From a virus (taxonomy: Duplodnaviria > Caudoviricetes): a stretch of DNA of 58,163 nucleotides. The stretch covers positions 1 to 58,163 of the IMG/VR virus record IMGVR_UViG_3300032236_000551. One strand, given 5' to 3'. The notes under the pieces are model-generated. The model saw only the letters and a list, made by a program, of their open reading frames with translations. It did no database searches and was not told the DNA's origin. Below are positions 9,924 to 19,559 of the stretch, piece by piece. Both the position numbers and the translations under genes were made by a program. How positions within the stretch are numbered: the first letter of the stretch is position 1; every line of letters starts with the position of its first letter.

Positions 9924-12900
9924 TTACATTCCTAACTTTGCTTTTAATTCTTCGATTTGTTTTTGCTGTTCTTTAATTGCTTCAACCAACAATGGAACTA
10001 AACGCTCGTAGTGGATAGTTAAATATTGTTCATCAATTGGGGCTGGAACAACAACTTGCGGAAGAACTGCCTGAACCTGCTGAGCAGATAAACCGACTTC
10101 TTCTTTAGTTCCATCATATCCCAATGCCTGAGCAGTTTCGTTTGCAGTATAGTGAAAACCATCGAGAGAAAGAACTTTCTCAAGAGCATTCTCAATATTA
10201 CCAGAACGAGTTTTAAGTCTTTCGTCTGAGTAGTAAGAAGTGATTGTTGCAATCGCACGGATCTCACCAGCAGTAGTAGATGCTGCAGTACCAACACCGA
10301 TAGAGTTAAATTGGTAATCACCAGTTGTACCAGTATGAGGTGTGGTTCCAGAAGAAGCAGCAGTCAATCGACCTTGTGCATCAACAGTAATACTTGCGTA
10401 TGTATAAGAACCAGCAGTAACAGCAGTATTGGCAAGAGCAATAGTAACTGCGCTAGAGCCATTATATGAAGTTCCAGATAAACCAGTACCAATTGTTAAT
10501 GCATTTAAGTTACTACCTAACGAAACACCAGAAATAGTAGAGTTAGATAGTTTTGAATTGGCAATAGAACCAGCCAACATAGTATTAGTAACAGTTGCAC
10601 TATCACCAGTAGTAACGATAGTACCAGTTGTAGCTGGCATAGTAAGAACAGTGCCAGTACCAGCAGTTGCAGCAGGAATTAACTGAACAGAACCAGAAGT
10701 AGATCCTGGGAATGTTACACTAGTAATACCAGTTAATGCCAAGTTAGCAGAAGCACGACTTAATGTTACTGCAGTAGTACCAATGTAATTAGTATCAGAT
10801 TGATAAGCTACTGTTCCACCAGCACCAAAGGCAACTGAAGAAGAATCAGTTCCAGTAAATGTTAGTGTATTAGAAACAGTCGCTGTTTTACCATTGGCAA
10901 TTGTTAAAGTGCCAGTGCTTGAACTAATCGTTAATCCATTGATAGATGTTGCAGTTGCAGCACCAAGAGTTGGAGTTACGAGAGTAGGACTATTGGAGAA
11001 AACTACTGATCCAGAACCAGTTTCATCTGTAAGAGCTGCAGCAAGCTGAGCAGAGGTAGTAGTTAATGTATTGTTTGCTAAGTTGATAGTCTTATTAGTA
11101 AGAGTATCAGTAGTTGCTTTACCAACTAAAGTATCAGTTGCAGCTGGTAGTGTTAATGTATTTGATCCAGCAATCGCAGTTGCTTGAACAGCAATAGAAC
11201 CTGAAGTAGAACCACTAAATGTAGCACTAGTGGTAATAGTTGGAGTAGTAATAGTTGGTGAAGTATCAAGAACAACTTTACCAGAACCAGTTTTATCGGT
11301 TAATTGTGTTCCGTTAATTTTGAACACATTACCAGAACCAGCAGTATCAAAAGTTTTATTAGTAAGAGTATCAGTAGTTGCTTTACCAACTAAAGTATCA
11401 GTTGCCAAAGGTAGTGTTACAGTATTAGAACCAGAGTTGGTTAAAATTGTAGCAATCTTTGGAGTAGTCAGAGTCTTATTAGTAAGAGTATCTGTTGTAT
11501 CACGACCAACTAAAGTATCAGTTGCTGCTGGTAGTGTTAATGTTCCAGAAGCAGCTGCAGCTGGTTGAACTAAAGTAGTACCAGAAGAAGATCCAGCAAA
11601 TGTGAACCCAGCACCTTTAAACTTACCGTATGTTCCAGAGAACACACCACCTGTTTCAGTACCATCTACATAAAACTCTATTTGTTGAGAGTCATTACCC
11701 AACAACAATGCAGCATTTTTGTCTGAAGTTTTATAGTAGTGGAAACGAAGACCGATGTCTTTACCATCATCAGATGTTAATGTACCACCATTTGTATAAT
11801 GTAGTTCTAAGATTGAGTCTGCATAAGAAGTATTTGCAGAGTTAGCTGTGATTGTTGTACCATTAACTGTTAAGTTTCCAGTAACAACAGCATTGTTATT
11901 GATTGTAGTTGTACCAGTTGAAGCACCGATAGAAACTGCAGTAGCAGCGCCACCAATATTAACTATTGTTGAATTTGTATTAACAATGTTAGCAGTACCT
12001 GCAGAAGTAGTAATACTACCACCATTAACAGCTAAGTTTCCTGTATTAGTTTGATCGCCAGTAACTGCCAATGTTCCAGCAATGCTAGCATTATCACCAA
12101 CATAAAGTTTCTTGGCAATACCAGCACCACCATCAACACGGAGAGCACCAGTAGAAGTGCTTGATGAATCGCCAGTTGTTTTAATATAGAACTGACCAGT
12201 GCTGTGGATAAAACGCATCTTTTCATTTGCGCTTAAGAAACCACCAGTTGCAAATAAAATATCGTTTGTAGTTCCTGCGCCACCAGTGGCAAGAACCATA
12301 TTTCCTGCTAATCCAGTTCCAGTTTTAGATAGAACAAAGAAATAACCATCGTTCTTACCAGTAATAGTATAGTTACTATCGCTGAAGTTAGAACCAGTCA
12401 TACCCATGTCAGCCCAACCACCAGTGTCGTCGCCATTGTCACCATAAGCAACATAGTCGGCAGAGCCAGTATTAGTTGAGTTTAATAAACCGATTTGAGT
12501 ATAAGCAGAACCAGAATTTTTAGCAACAATAATTGGAGCAGTTAAACCCAATGCATAAGCACCAGAACCAACATATAATGAACCAGCAGCTTGGATATTT
12601 TTAGCAACACCAAGACCACCAGCAAGAACTAAACCACCATTATTGGTAGTAGTAGATTCTGTTGCATTATTAATTGTTACAGTTCCAGAAGCAGCACCCA
12701 ACGAAACTGTAGTAGCTGCACCACCAATATTAAGAGTAGTTGCTACTGTATTAAATAGGTTTTGAGTCGTGTTAGAACCAACAATAGTTCCAGTTCTTTC
12801 TAACAAACGAGAATAATTCCAACCACCAATTTTAGTTGATGCTGTATTTGTAGCATCAGCAGCATAAAATTCTAGTTCATCATTAGAAGCACCTGGAGAT

Positions 12901-15224
12901 GTTTCAGGAATAATATATGTTAAACCATCAACAGATTTAACACCACCTAAAGAACCCCAAGCTGAATCTGCATAACCTTCGAAAGTATGAAGGTCAGTAT
13001 TATAACGCATTTGACCAGTAGCAGCAGTTGGTCGCTGAGAAGTTGTACCTACTGGAACTTGGATAGACTTAACGCTATTAAATACTGTTTGTGCATTATT
13101 AACAGTTAATGTTCCAGTAGAAGCACCGATAGCAATAGTAGTTGCAGCACCAAAAGCATTAACAGTAGTAGCATTGGTATTTACAATATTAAATGTAGTA
13201 GACCCAGAATCAACTGTTAAATCTCCACCTTTAATCTGCACATCACCATCAACTGTTAAATTGTGTTTAATTTCAGCATCATAACCAATAGTGGTAGTTC
13301 CGCTAGAAGTAGAACCGATATTAGTTGTAGTAGCTGCACCACCAAGATTAATAGTAGTGGCAGTTGTATTAAACAAATTCTGAGTAGTATTATAACCAAC
13401 AACAGTTCCTGGATTTACAGTTAATGTAGCAGAACCTGTAGCACCTAATGCTACAGCTGTTGCTGAATCACCGATAGTGATTGATGTTTGTCCATCAGCA
13501 AATAATTTTGTTGCTTCAAGAACTTTAGTGTTATTAATTTTAAAAGTTTTTGTAGAAGCGATATTCCAATGTTCGCTTGAAGTCCAATTAGAATTTGCAT
13601 TGTCCCAGATAATAGTTTTATCTGTATCACCTTTAAGAGTAATACCACCACCATCTGCAGTTGTATTTGTAGGAGTGGCAACTTTACCAAGTTCAATATT
13701 TTTATCATCAACTGTAACAGTAGTTGAGTGAACAGTAGTAGTTGTTCCATTTACAGTTAAATTTCCTGTAATAACTGTATTGGCATTATTGATTGTTAAT
13801 GTTCCAGTAGAAGCACCAATAGAAATTGTAGTGGCTGCACCGAAAGCATTGACAGTAGTAGCGTTTGTATTTGCAAAAGTAAATGTAGTGTTTGGAGTTG
13901 TTACTACACCAGCATTTAAATTGATTGTTCCATAAAGCGGAGTGATCGCTGTAGCCAAAGTAAATGTTAAATCATTTGTTCCATCAGATCCACCCAAAGA
14001 AGAACCCGATAATGTTACAGTATCTCCAACAATATATCCAGATCCAACATTACCGCTACTGTATGTAACAGTAGTATTGCCAGTTTGAGTAACTGCAGTT
14101 ACAGTTCCAGCAACAGGAGTTGTTCCACCAGTAACAGTATATGTGATAGTATTTGCATCTACGATTGAAGTAACAACACAAGATGATGGTGATCCGCCAT
14201 ACAAATAACCAACACTATGGGTAGCAGTAATTGGTGCACCAACAACAAATCCAGCAGTAGATGTTAATCCTGTTAAAGTTGCTGTCCATGGACCAGATCC
14301 ACTAACAGCAGTAATAGTTCCAACTGTAGCATTACCACCAACAAAATTCGCTGCATAGTATGCACCCGAACCAGTTTTAACTACATTAAATTTGGCACTA
14401 GATCCATAACCTGAACTAGATTTTTGAGAAACATTACTATATGTTGACGCAGAAGTTGTCGATACCCCAGTTGGGTATGCAAAAGTTGTGCTGGAAGAAA
14501 TAGCACCAGAGGTATTATTACCAATAGTGATAGAAGTTCCAGAACCAAATAATGTTGGAGTTGTTGGAGATTTAAAGAAATTTGTTGCGCCAATTGTAGA
14601 ATCAATTGCAGTTAAACCATTAATCGCAGAGGCAGTTGTACCAACAGTAACGGCAGTACTACCGATAGTAATATCAGAAGTAACCCATGTTGGAGCAACT
14701 CCTGCTCCAGCAGATTGTAACACATAACCAGTAGTACCAGCAGTAATAAATCCTGTACTATTAGCGTCAATTTGATATAACAACTGACCAGCAGATCCAG
14801 AAGCAATGTTACTTGCTGTTACCGCAGTAGTTGCAGTACCAACTGTTAATGATGATTGAGATAACCAAATTGGTGTTCCACTACCAGCTGAAGATAGAAC
14901 CTGTCCAGATGAACCAGCTGAAGTTAAAGCAATACCAGTACTATTAGAATAAGCAATGGCACCAGCTGTCGCAGTTAATGAAGAATTGGTACCACCATAT
15001 CCGAGAGGAATATTATTTCCGTTCCAAGTAGAACCAGAACCAAATGTTTTATTTTGAAAAGTTTGCGAACCAGTAAGAGTTGGAACCGCATTACCACCTG
15101 GAGTTACACCATCGTGAACTCTAAGGTTTTTATTATCGGTATCAACTGTGATCTCTCCCAACGCTCCAGTGAACGAATCGTTTTGAGTAGCAGTTCCTCT
15201 TCTAAATTGTACTTGTGTGGACAT
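9924..15224 (-). CDS. long tail/neck fibre with Mtd-N-like N-terminus and C-terminal peptidase S74 intramolecular chaperone
   Basis: N-term QVQFRRGT...FTGALGEITVDTD..LRVHDG; Thr/Gly/Ser-rich repetitive body; C-term YYSDERLK...GLSAQQVQAVLP...YERLVPLLVEAIKE coiled coil. Confidence 0.88.
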   Translation of the reverse strand: MSTQVQFRRGTATQNDSFTGALGEITVDTDNKNLRVHDGVTPGGNAVPTLTGSQTFQNKTFGSGSTWNGNNIPLGYGGTNSSLTATAGAIAYSNSTGIALTSAGSSGQVLSSAGSGTPIWLSQSSLTVGTATTAVTASNIASGSAGQLLYQIDANSTGFITAGTTGYVLQSAGAGVAPTWVTSDITIGSTAVTVGTTASAINGLTAIDSTIGATNFFKSPTTPTLFGSGTSITIGNNTSGAISSSTTFAYPTGVSTTSASTYSNVSQKSSSGYGSSAKFNVVKTGSGAYYAANFVGGNATVGTITAVSGSGPWTATLTGLTSTAGFVVGAPITATHSVGYLYGGSPSSCVVTSIVDANTITYTVTGGTTPVAGTVTAVTQTGNTTVTYSSGNVGSGYIVGDTVTLSGSSLGGSDGTNDLTFTLATAITPLYGTINLNAGVVTTPNTTFTFANTNATTVNAFGAATTISIGASTGTLTINNANTVITGNLTVNGTTTTVHSTTVTVDDKNIELGKVATPTNTTADGGGITLKGDTDKTIIWDNANSNWTSSEHWNIASTKTFKINNTKVLEATKLFADGQTSITIGDSATAVALGATGSATLTVNPGTVVGYNTTQNLFNTTATTINLGGAATTTNIGSTSSGTTTIGYDAEIKHNLTVDGDVQIKGGDLTVDSGSTTFNIVNTNATTVNAFGAATTIAIGASTGTLTVNNAQTVFNSVKSIQVPVGTTSQRPTAATGQMRYNTDLHTFEGYADSAWGSLGGVKSVDGLTYIIPETSPGASNDELEFYAADATNTASTKIGGWNYSRLLERTGTIVGSNTTQNLFNTVATTLNIGGAATTVSLGAASGTVTINNATESTTTNNGGLVLAGGLGVAKNIQAAGSLYVGSGAYALGLTAPIIVAKNSGSAYTQIGLLNSTNTGSADYVAYGDNGDDTGGWADMGMTGSNFSDSNYTITGKNDGYFFVLSKTGTGLAGNMVLATGGAGTTNDILFATGGFLSANEKMRFIHSTGQFYIKTTGDSSSTSTGALRVDGGAGIAKKLYVGDNASIAGTLAVTGDQTNTGNLAVNGGSITTSAGTANIVNTNSTIVNIGGAATAVSIGASTGTTTINNNAVVTGNLTVNGTTITANSANTSYADSILELHYTNGGTLTSDDGKDIGLRFHYYKTSDKNAALLLGNDSQQIEFYVDGTETGGVFSGTYGKFKGAGFTFAGSSSGTTLVQPAAAASGTLTLPAATDTLVGRDTTDTLTNKTLTTPKIATILTNSGSNTVTLPLATDTLVGKATTDTLTNKTFDTAGSGNVFKINGTQLTDKTGSGKVVLDTSPTITTPTITTSATFSGSTSGSIAVQATAIAGSNTLTLPAATDTLVGKATTDTLTNKTINLANNTLTTTSAQLAAALTDETGSGSVVFSNSPTLVTPTLGAATATSINGLTISSSTGTLTIANGKTATVSNTLTFTGTDSSSVAFGAGGTVAYQSDTNYIGTTAVTLSRASANLALTGITSVTFPGSTSGSVQLIPAATAGTGTVLTMPATTGTIVTTGDSATVTNTMLAGSIANSKLSNSTISGVSLGSNLNALTIGTGLSGTSYNGSSAVTIALANTAVTAGSYTYASITVDAQGRLTAASSGTTPHTGTTGDYQFNSIGVGTAASTTAGEIRAIATITSYYSDERLKTRSGNIENALEKVLSLDGFHYTANETAQALGYDGTKEEVGLSAQQVQAVLPQVVVPAPIDEQYLTIHYERLVPLLVEAIKEQQKQIEELKAKLGM
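11085..11545. repeat. in-frame coding repeats LP(A/L)ATDTLVG(K/R)(A/D)TTDTLTNKT (3 copies) in the fibre
   Basis: Near-identical DNA blocks ttattagtaagagtatc...ccaactaaagtatcagttgc at ~11092, ~11356 and ~11476. Confidence 0.85.
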
Positions 15225-15244
15225 TTTTTTCCTCTAATTTTATA

Positions 15245-15251
15245 TATTTAT
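15245..15251 (-). promoter_or_regulatory. T4-like late promoter (ATAAATA) for the 1766-aa fibre
   Basis: CATAAATA overlapping the upstream stop codon, before AGAGG RBS and ATG 15224. Confidence 0.5.
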
Positions 15252-18142
15252 GCCTGCGCTTCTGACCAAAATAAGTTTAAATTCACATTGGCAGTATCAG
15301 GACTTAAATTTGAAATAACTACTGCTAACACATCAGGACCATCAGGGAAATTACTATATCCACCAATTGGAGAATTTCCTAGTTCTTTCAACTGTGATAA
15401 GTCAATAGAAGCGAAGCCTCCTGGTTGACCCAATGTTGAAAAGATTTGTTCGCCTGGAAGCGCAGCTGTTGCGTTGCTTGTTGAAATTTGAGCGAAGGAA
15501 GGTTGCGAACCCAACGATGCTGTATTAACAGAACTCCATGTTAAATCTTTGGCATCAATATTTCCTGGATTCAAAATTCCATACACCTGAACAGATTTAT
15601 CAGATTGAATCTGTAACTGTTGTAACAACATTTGAGATTTATTAATTAACTCACGAACTCCAGAGTCACCAGTAATAGAGTCGGAAACTGAAGGAGCCAA
15701 TCTTAAAAAGAATGCAGTATATGTTTGGTTGGCAGTAACTTGATTATTTGTTGAAGCAAAGTTAAAGTAGTATCCACGGTCAGCATCAAACTTACCATCC
15801 ATAATATATGAAGAACCCCAGTGAGTAATAACAGGGGAAGCAGTTACGCTTACCAAACGAACAGCATTAAATCCATTACCGACAGAGTGAACTGCTGCAG
15901 ATGAACCAGTAAATGTTCTGTTTTGTCCACTGGCGAAGAAAGAATATGATGCACCACGAGTGCAACCTGTTAGCGAGTTGCTAGTTAAATCTGTTCCAGT
16001 AAAGTTTATTAATTCACCTTCGCAAATAACTGTACCACCAGTTTCTGGGAATCTTGAAACATCATGTAAATATAATGTCGTATCTGAGTTAGATGCTGAC
16101 TGAACTAAACGATCTGCAACTACATCATTAATTGCTTGGTAACGAACAACCATGTTACCAGAACGCATGTAAGCAGCATCGTTTTTATTGTTTTGTGGCA
16201 TACGATGAGCGAGAACCATGTTACCATCTGGACCACGGCACATAAAGTCAATAAAACCAGCACCATACCAAGAGAAAGAAATACCCATCATCTGCATTTT
16301 GTTCAGATTAATGTTATATCCAGATAAACCAGAACCATCTAATTTATCCACATTAAACTGAGATTGTGGATATCTTTCCTCTAATACTTTTGCAATTTTA
16401 ATAGAAGAAGCGTTTACAGAACCACGAAACTCTGGGTTAATTGTCATTGTGGTATCATTAGTAATTGAGTTTACTTTATATGTTTGCCCTTTAATAACAA
16501 TGTTATCTCCAGATTTTAACTGTTGAGTAAAACGAGTTGAAGCACCAGTTACAGCCTGTGAACCAGAATTTACTGTAATAAATCCTGACAATTGATATGT
16601 TCCTGAGCGACGAACAGCCCATAGTTGAGATCCATCATATTCCCAGAACAATCCGTTTTGGTCATCGAATGGACCAACTCTAACTGCAGCGCCATGCCAG
16701 TGAGCAAGAGTAACACGAGGAAGATCAGTAAGAACAGCAGACGCAGAACCGAGAGTAGAAGCTGCAGTTACAGTAAATGAAACTTCGCTGATAACTGCTA
16801 CCACACCATATGTTCCATTATATCCTGAAGTAACAATACCAGATAGGATAACTGTTGCTCCTGCTTGAAGACCATGTTCATACTCAGTTGTTACTGTAAT
16901 TGTTGATCCTGCAGAAGTTCCGCTTGCACTAATTTGATCCATGTTTGAAATTGGATTAAACAATACACCAGATGTCCAAAGAATACCTTTACCTGATTGG
17001 TATCGCATGTATTTTTTAGTTTGTCTTAATACTGATGCACCGTATGCAGGAGTATTCGTTCCTAATTGAACACCTCCGTCAAATGGTCTATGAGCAACGA
17101 ACGAATCAGAACGAGTATAGACAGAAGCAGTTAATCCAGAATTTGAAACTGCACCACCAGTTCGAGCAGTAAAAGTAAAAGTAGTTGGAGACGGAACTGT
17201 TTCAGCATAAAAGTCACCAGTAACTAAATTGTGATTTGTTCCATTTGAAGTTGCAATAGTAACAATTGGGGTTCCTGGAGTAAATCCATGAGCAGCAGAA
17301 GTTGTTACTGTTATAGTAGAGGGACTACCAGCATTTGATGTTACAGAATAAACTGGAATTGAGGCACCAGTATAAAATCCACCCCTACGGCAATATGTGC
17401 TACCAGTAAATAAAGATAAGGATGAAGTTCCAACAACACCTTTAGCATAGTAAGTAAATTGAGTTGTTAGTGGTGTACTTGCAACAACAAATGAACCTTC
17501 AGCACGAGGATAATTTGGAGTATTGCCTAAACCATAAACAATTACTGGTTGACCAGTAGTCACATTATGCGGTGCTGATGTTGTAACAGTAATTAAAGAA
17601 GGAGATGCTCCATCAGTTGTTACTGAAGTAACAAATAAATCTAGTCCTGGTTTTTCATAAATCCCAGGAATATTTAAAATATCTGAATATGACAACCATT
17701 TAGTTGGTTGCAATCCATATTCAAAGTCAGCATCAATTAATGACTGCGGTTCACCAACACGCATGCGTTCAATAGCATCAACACCAAAAGCATAAGGTCT
17801 AACCACATTACCAATATTGTCTGGCGCATCAGCATAAACAGCAACAGTATCAGACGAAGAATATATTGAAGTATCTGATAAAAATGTTACAGTTGTTACA
17901 CCAATTTGGTCTGAAGTTTGAGTTGGACCATTAACTTGAATTGGTTTGAATGTTGTGTCAGTTGCGTCGTAGGAAATTGTTCCATTCTTGGTTGGATCGC
18001 CAAGAGTATACATGCTAGTTTGATGTGTTTTGTTTTGAACAATCAATAACTGCGTTAAACTGATTTTTCCAGGGATCTTAAGTGTACCATTTCCCGCAGT
18101 TCCTGGGGTAAAAATATACTTTTCAACTAATCTTCTTGCCAT
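15248..18142 (-). CDS. large virion structural / fibre-associated protein
   Basis: 964 aa beta-rich; PQSLIDADFEYGLQPTKW; three ITVTT..HG repeats; RQTKKYMRYQSGKG, GPFDDQNGLFWE and FSWYGAG motifs of the type seen in T4-like structural proteins. Confidence 0.75.
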   Translation of the reverse strand: MARRLVEKYIFTPGTAGNGTLKIPGKISLTQLLIVQNKTHQTSMYTLGDPTKNGTISYDATDTTFKPIQVNGPTQTSDQIGVTTVTFLSDTSIYSSSDTVAVYADAPDNIGNVVRPYAFGVDAIERMRVGEPQSLIDADFEYGLQPTKWLSYSDILNIPGIYEKPGLDLFVTSVTTDGASPSLITVTTSAPHNVTTGQPVIVYGLGNTPNYPRAEGSFVVASTPLTTQFTYYAKGVVGTSSLSLFTGSTYCRRGGFYTGASIPVYSVTSNAGSPSTITVTTSAAHGFTPGTPIVTIATSNGTNHNLVTGDFYAETVPSPTTFTFTARTGGAVSNSGLTASVYTRSDSFVAHRPFDGGVQLGTNTPAYGASVLRQTKKYMRYQSGKGILWTSGVLFNPISNMDQISASGTSAGSTITVTTEYEHGLQAGATVILSGIVTSGYNGTYGVVAVISEVSFTVTAASTLGSASAVLTDLPRVTLAHWHGAAVRVGPFDDQNGLFWEYDGSQLWAVRRSGTYQLSGFITVNSGSQAVTGASTRFTQQLKSGDNIVIKGQTYKVNSITNDTTMTINPEFRGSVNASSIKIAKVLEERYPQSQFNVDKLDGSGLSGYNINLNKMQMMGISFSWYGAGFIDFMCRGPDGNMVLAHRMPQNNKNDAAYMRSGNMVVRYQAINDVVADRLVQSASNSDTTLYLHDVSRFPETGGTVICEGELINFTGTDLTSNSLTGCTRGASYSFFASGQNRTFTGSSAAVHSVGNGFNAVRLVSVTASPVITHWGSSYIMDGKFDADRGYYFNFASTNNQVTANQTYTAFFLRLAPSVSDSITGDSGVRELINKSQMLLQQLQIQSDKSVQVYGILNPGNIDAKDLTWSSVNTASLGSQPSFAQISTSNATAALPGEQIFSTLGQPGGFASIDLSQLKELGNSPIGGYSNFPDGPDVLAVVISNLSPDTANVNLNLFWSEAQA

Positions 18143-18154
18143 TTTATATAATCC

Positions 18155-18784
18155 TTAGAATCCAAAAATAATTGAGTAACTGATATAGTCTGTTCTTACA
18201 GACGAATCTAAATTTGATAGAGCAACAACACCCTGAACTTGAAGAATACTTAGGTCATAGTATAAAGCAGGAGGGCTGTCAGAAATTAATCCCAAATCTT
18301 CAGAGTGAGTAACATAAAGATCAGTAACTAATCCAAGATCCGTAGATGCGCCAGCAGCAAATACTGCTGATTGAATAGTAACGCCAACTTGACCATTTAC
18401 CCATTGCGAGCCATTCCACTCTAAAACATCAGCTGTTTGTGGGTTTGATATTGCAACATCTGAAAGTGATGACAGGGTTGAACCAGTAGATGACCAAGAA
18501 ACACCACCTGAACCATTGGCTGTTAAAACTTGTCCATGTCCACCTGTTGATCCGCCAGCAGTGATTGACCCAGTAATTACTACTGAGTTTAAAGTTTTAT
18601 TTGTAAGGGTTTGAGTGCCGTTTAGAGTTGCTACCGAAACGATAGAAGAATCAGCACCAGTAGTTTTTTTGAAGAATAGGTTACCATCATATGTGTTTAA
18701 TGCTAACTCACCAAGCTGTAAGTCAGATGTAGATGGTATTTTAGATGCGACTGCTGATCGCTTGAGTTTTACTATGTTACTCAT
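18155..18784 (-). CDS. short fibre adaptor-like structural protein
   Basis: N-term IVKLKRS..IP...LQLGELALNTYDG (Mtd-N-like), TQTLTNKT, LSDV...VLEWNGSQW, DLG repeats, C-term YSIIFGF. Confidence 0.75.
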   Translation of the reverse strand: MSNIVKLKRSAVASKIPSTSDLQLGELALNTYDGNLFFKKTTGADSSIVSVATLNGTQTLTNKTLNSVVITGSITAGGSTGGHGQVLTANGSGGVSWSSTGSTLSSLSDVAISNPQTADVLEWNGSQWVNGQVGVTIQSAVFAAGASTDLGLVTDLYVTHSEDLGLISDSPPALYYDLSILQVQGVVALSNLDSSVRTDYISYSIIFGF

Positions 18785-18789
18785 TATAA

Positions 18790-18849
18790 CCTATTCTATG
18801 TAGAACAAATACTCAGTATATACTGAGAGCGGAGGGAATTCCCTCCACT
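18790..18849 (-). promoter_or_regulatory. structured 5' leader: three tandem hairpins, the last overlapping the RBS
   Basis: Perfect 16-bp palindromes GGAGGGAATTCCCTCC (18831-18846) and CTCAGTATATACTGAG (18812-18827), plus UUGUUCU-ACAU-AGAAUAG whose 3' arm contains the AGG RBS. Confidence 0.65.
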
Positions 18850-18855
18850 ATTTAG
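18849..18855 (-). promoter_or_regulatory. T4-like late promoter (CTAAATA)
   Basis: CTAAATA 5 nt after the upstream stop, at the head of the palindromic leader. Confidence 0.6.
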
Positions 18856-18860
18856 CATTA

Positions 18861-19547
18861 TTAATAGATGAGTTTTACTTGACCGCTAGTAACTTCATTG
18901 ATGTTTGTTCCAGCTGAGCCAGTCCATCCTAGTGCTGCAGATGGAACTGTAAAGTTGCCAGTGTAAATTTGATTACCAACTGTCCAACGGAACGAGTTAA
19001 TGTATCCACCGAAAGCAGTTTGTGTTCCACCAGCTGTAGTTTCTTCACCAATAACAAGAGTGCCACCGCTAACATCTACGATAGTTCCAGCGAACGAATT
19101 AAATTGAACACCATCAACAAACATATTTGTTGAAGTGCCATCAGACGCAAACGCAAAGTGATGCCATTGATTTGTTGTTGGTTTGCTGAATGTTCCAGCA
19201 ACACCATTATTCATCCACCAATACATTGTGCTACCTTCGATACTAATAGCAATCTTAGTTGCTGGATATGATCCAATAGAGAATAATCTTGGGAATGGAT
19301 TACTGTCAGTTTGATAGAAGAATCCTTCAACGCACCAAGGAGAACCATTAGGAACTGCCATGCCATTATTATCAACTAATGCAGATGCTCCATTATTGAC
19401 TCCATCGAATGACCAGCTTGGACCAGATCCGCCAAATGGATCAGTTGCTACAGTTGTTGGAGCAGTTAGACCACTACTACCACCACCTCCGCCACCTGGA
19501 TGTTGGAAACCTGCGATTAGTGTTCCTGGACCGAATTTAATTGTCAT
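18861..19547 (-). CDS. LamG / concanavalin A-like lectin-domain virion protein
   Basis: SWSFDG, WCVEGFFY, NQWHHFAF...MFVDG, FGGYINSFRWT.G..YTGNFTVP: LamG-like beta-sandwich pattern. Confidence 0.8.
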   Translation of the reverse strand: MTIKFGPGTLIAGFQHPGGGGGGSSGLTAPTTVATDPFGGSGPSWSFDGVNNGASALVDNNGMAVPNGSPWCVEGFFYQTDSNPFPRLFSIGSYPATKIAISIEGSTMYWWMNNGVAGTFSKPTTNQWHHFAFASDGTSTNMFVDGVQFNSFAGTIVDVSGGTLVIGEETTAGGTQTAFGGYINSFRWTVGNQIYTGNFTVPSAALGWTGSAGTNINEVTSGQVKLIY

Positions 19548-19559
19548 TGTTTTCTCTCT

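Noticed and set aside
18812-18846. Ordinary rho-independent terminator or tRNA fragment
   Set aside because: No U-tract follows the stems on either strand, and there are no cloverleaf or T-loop motifs.
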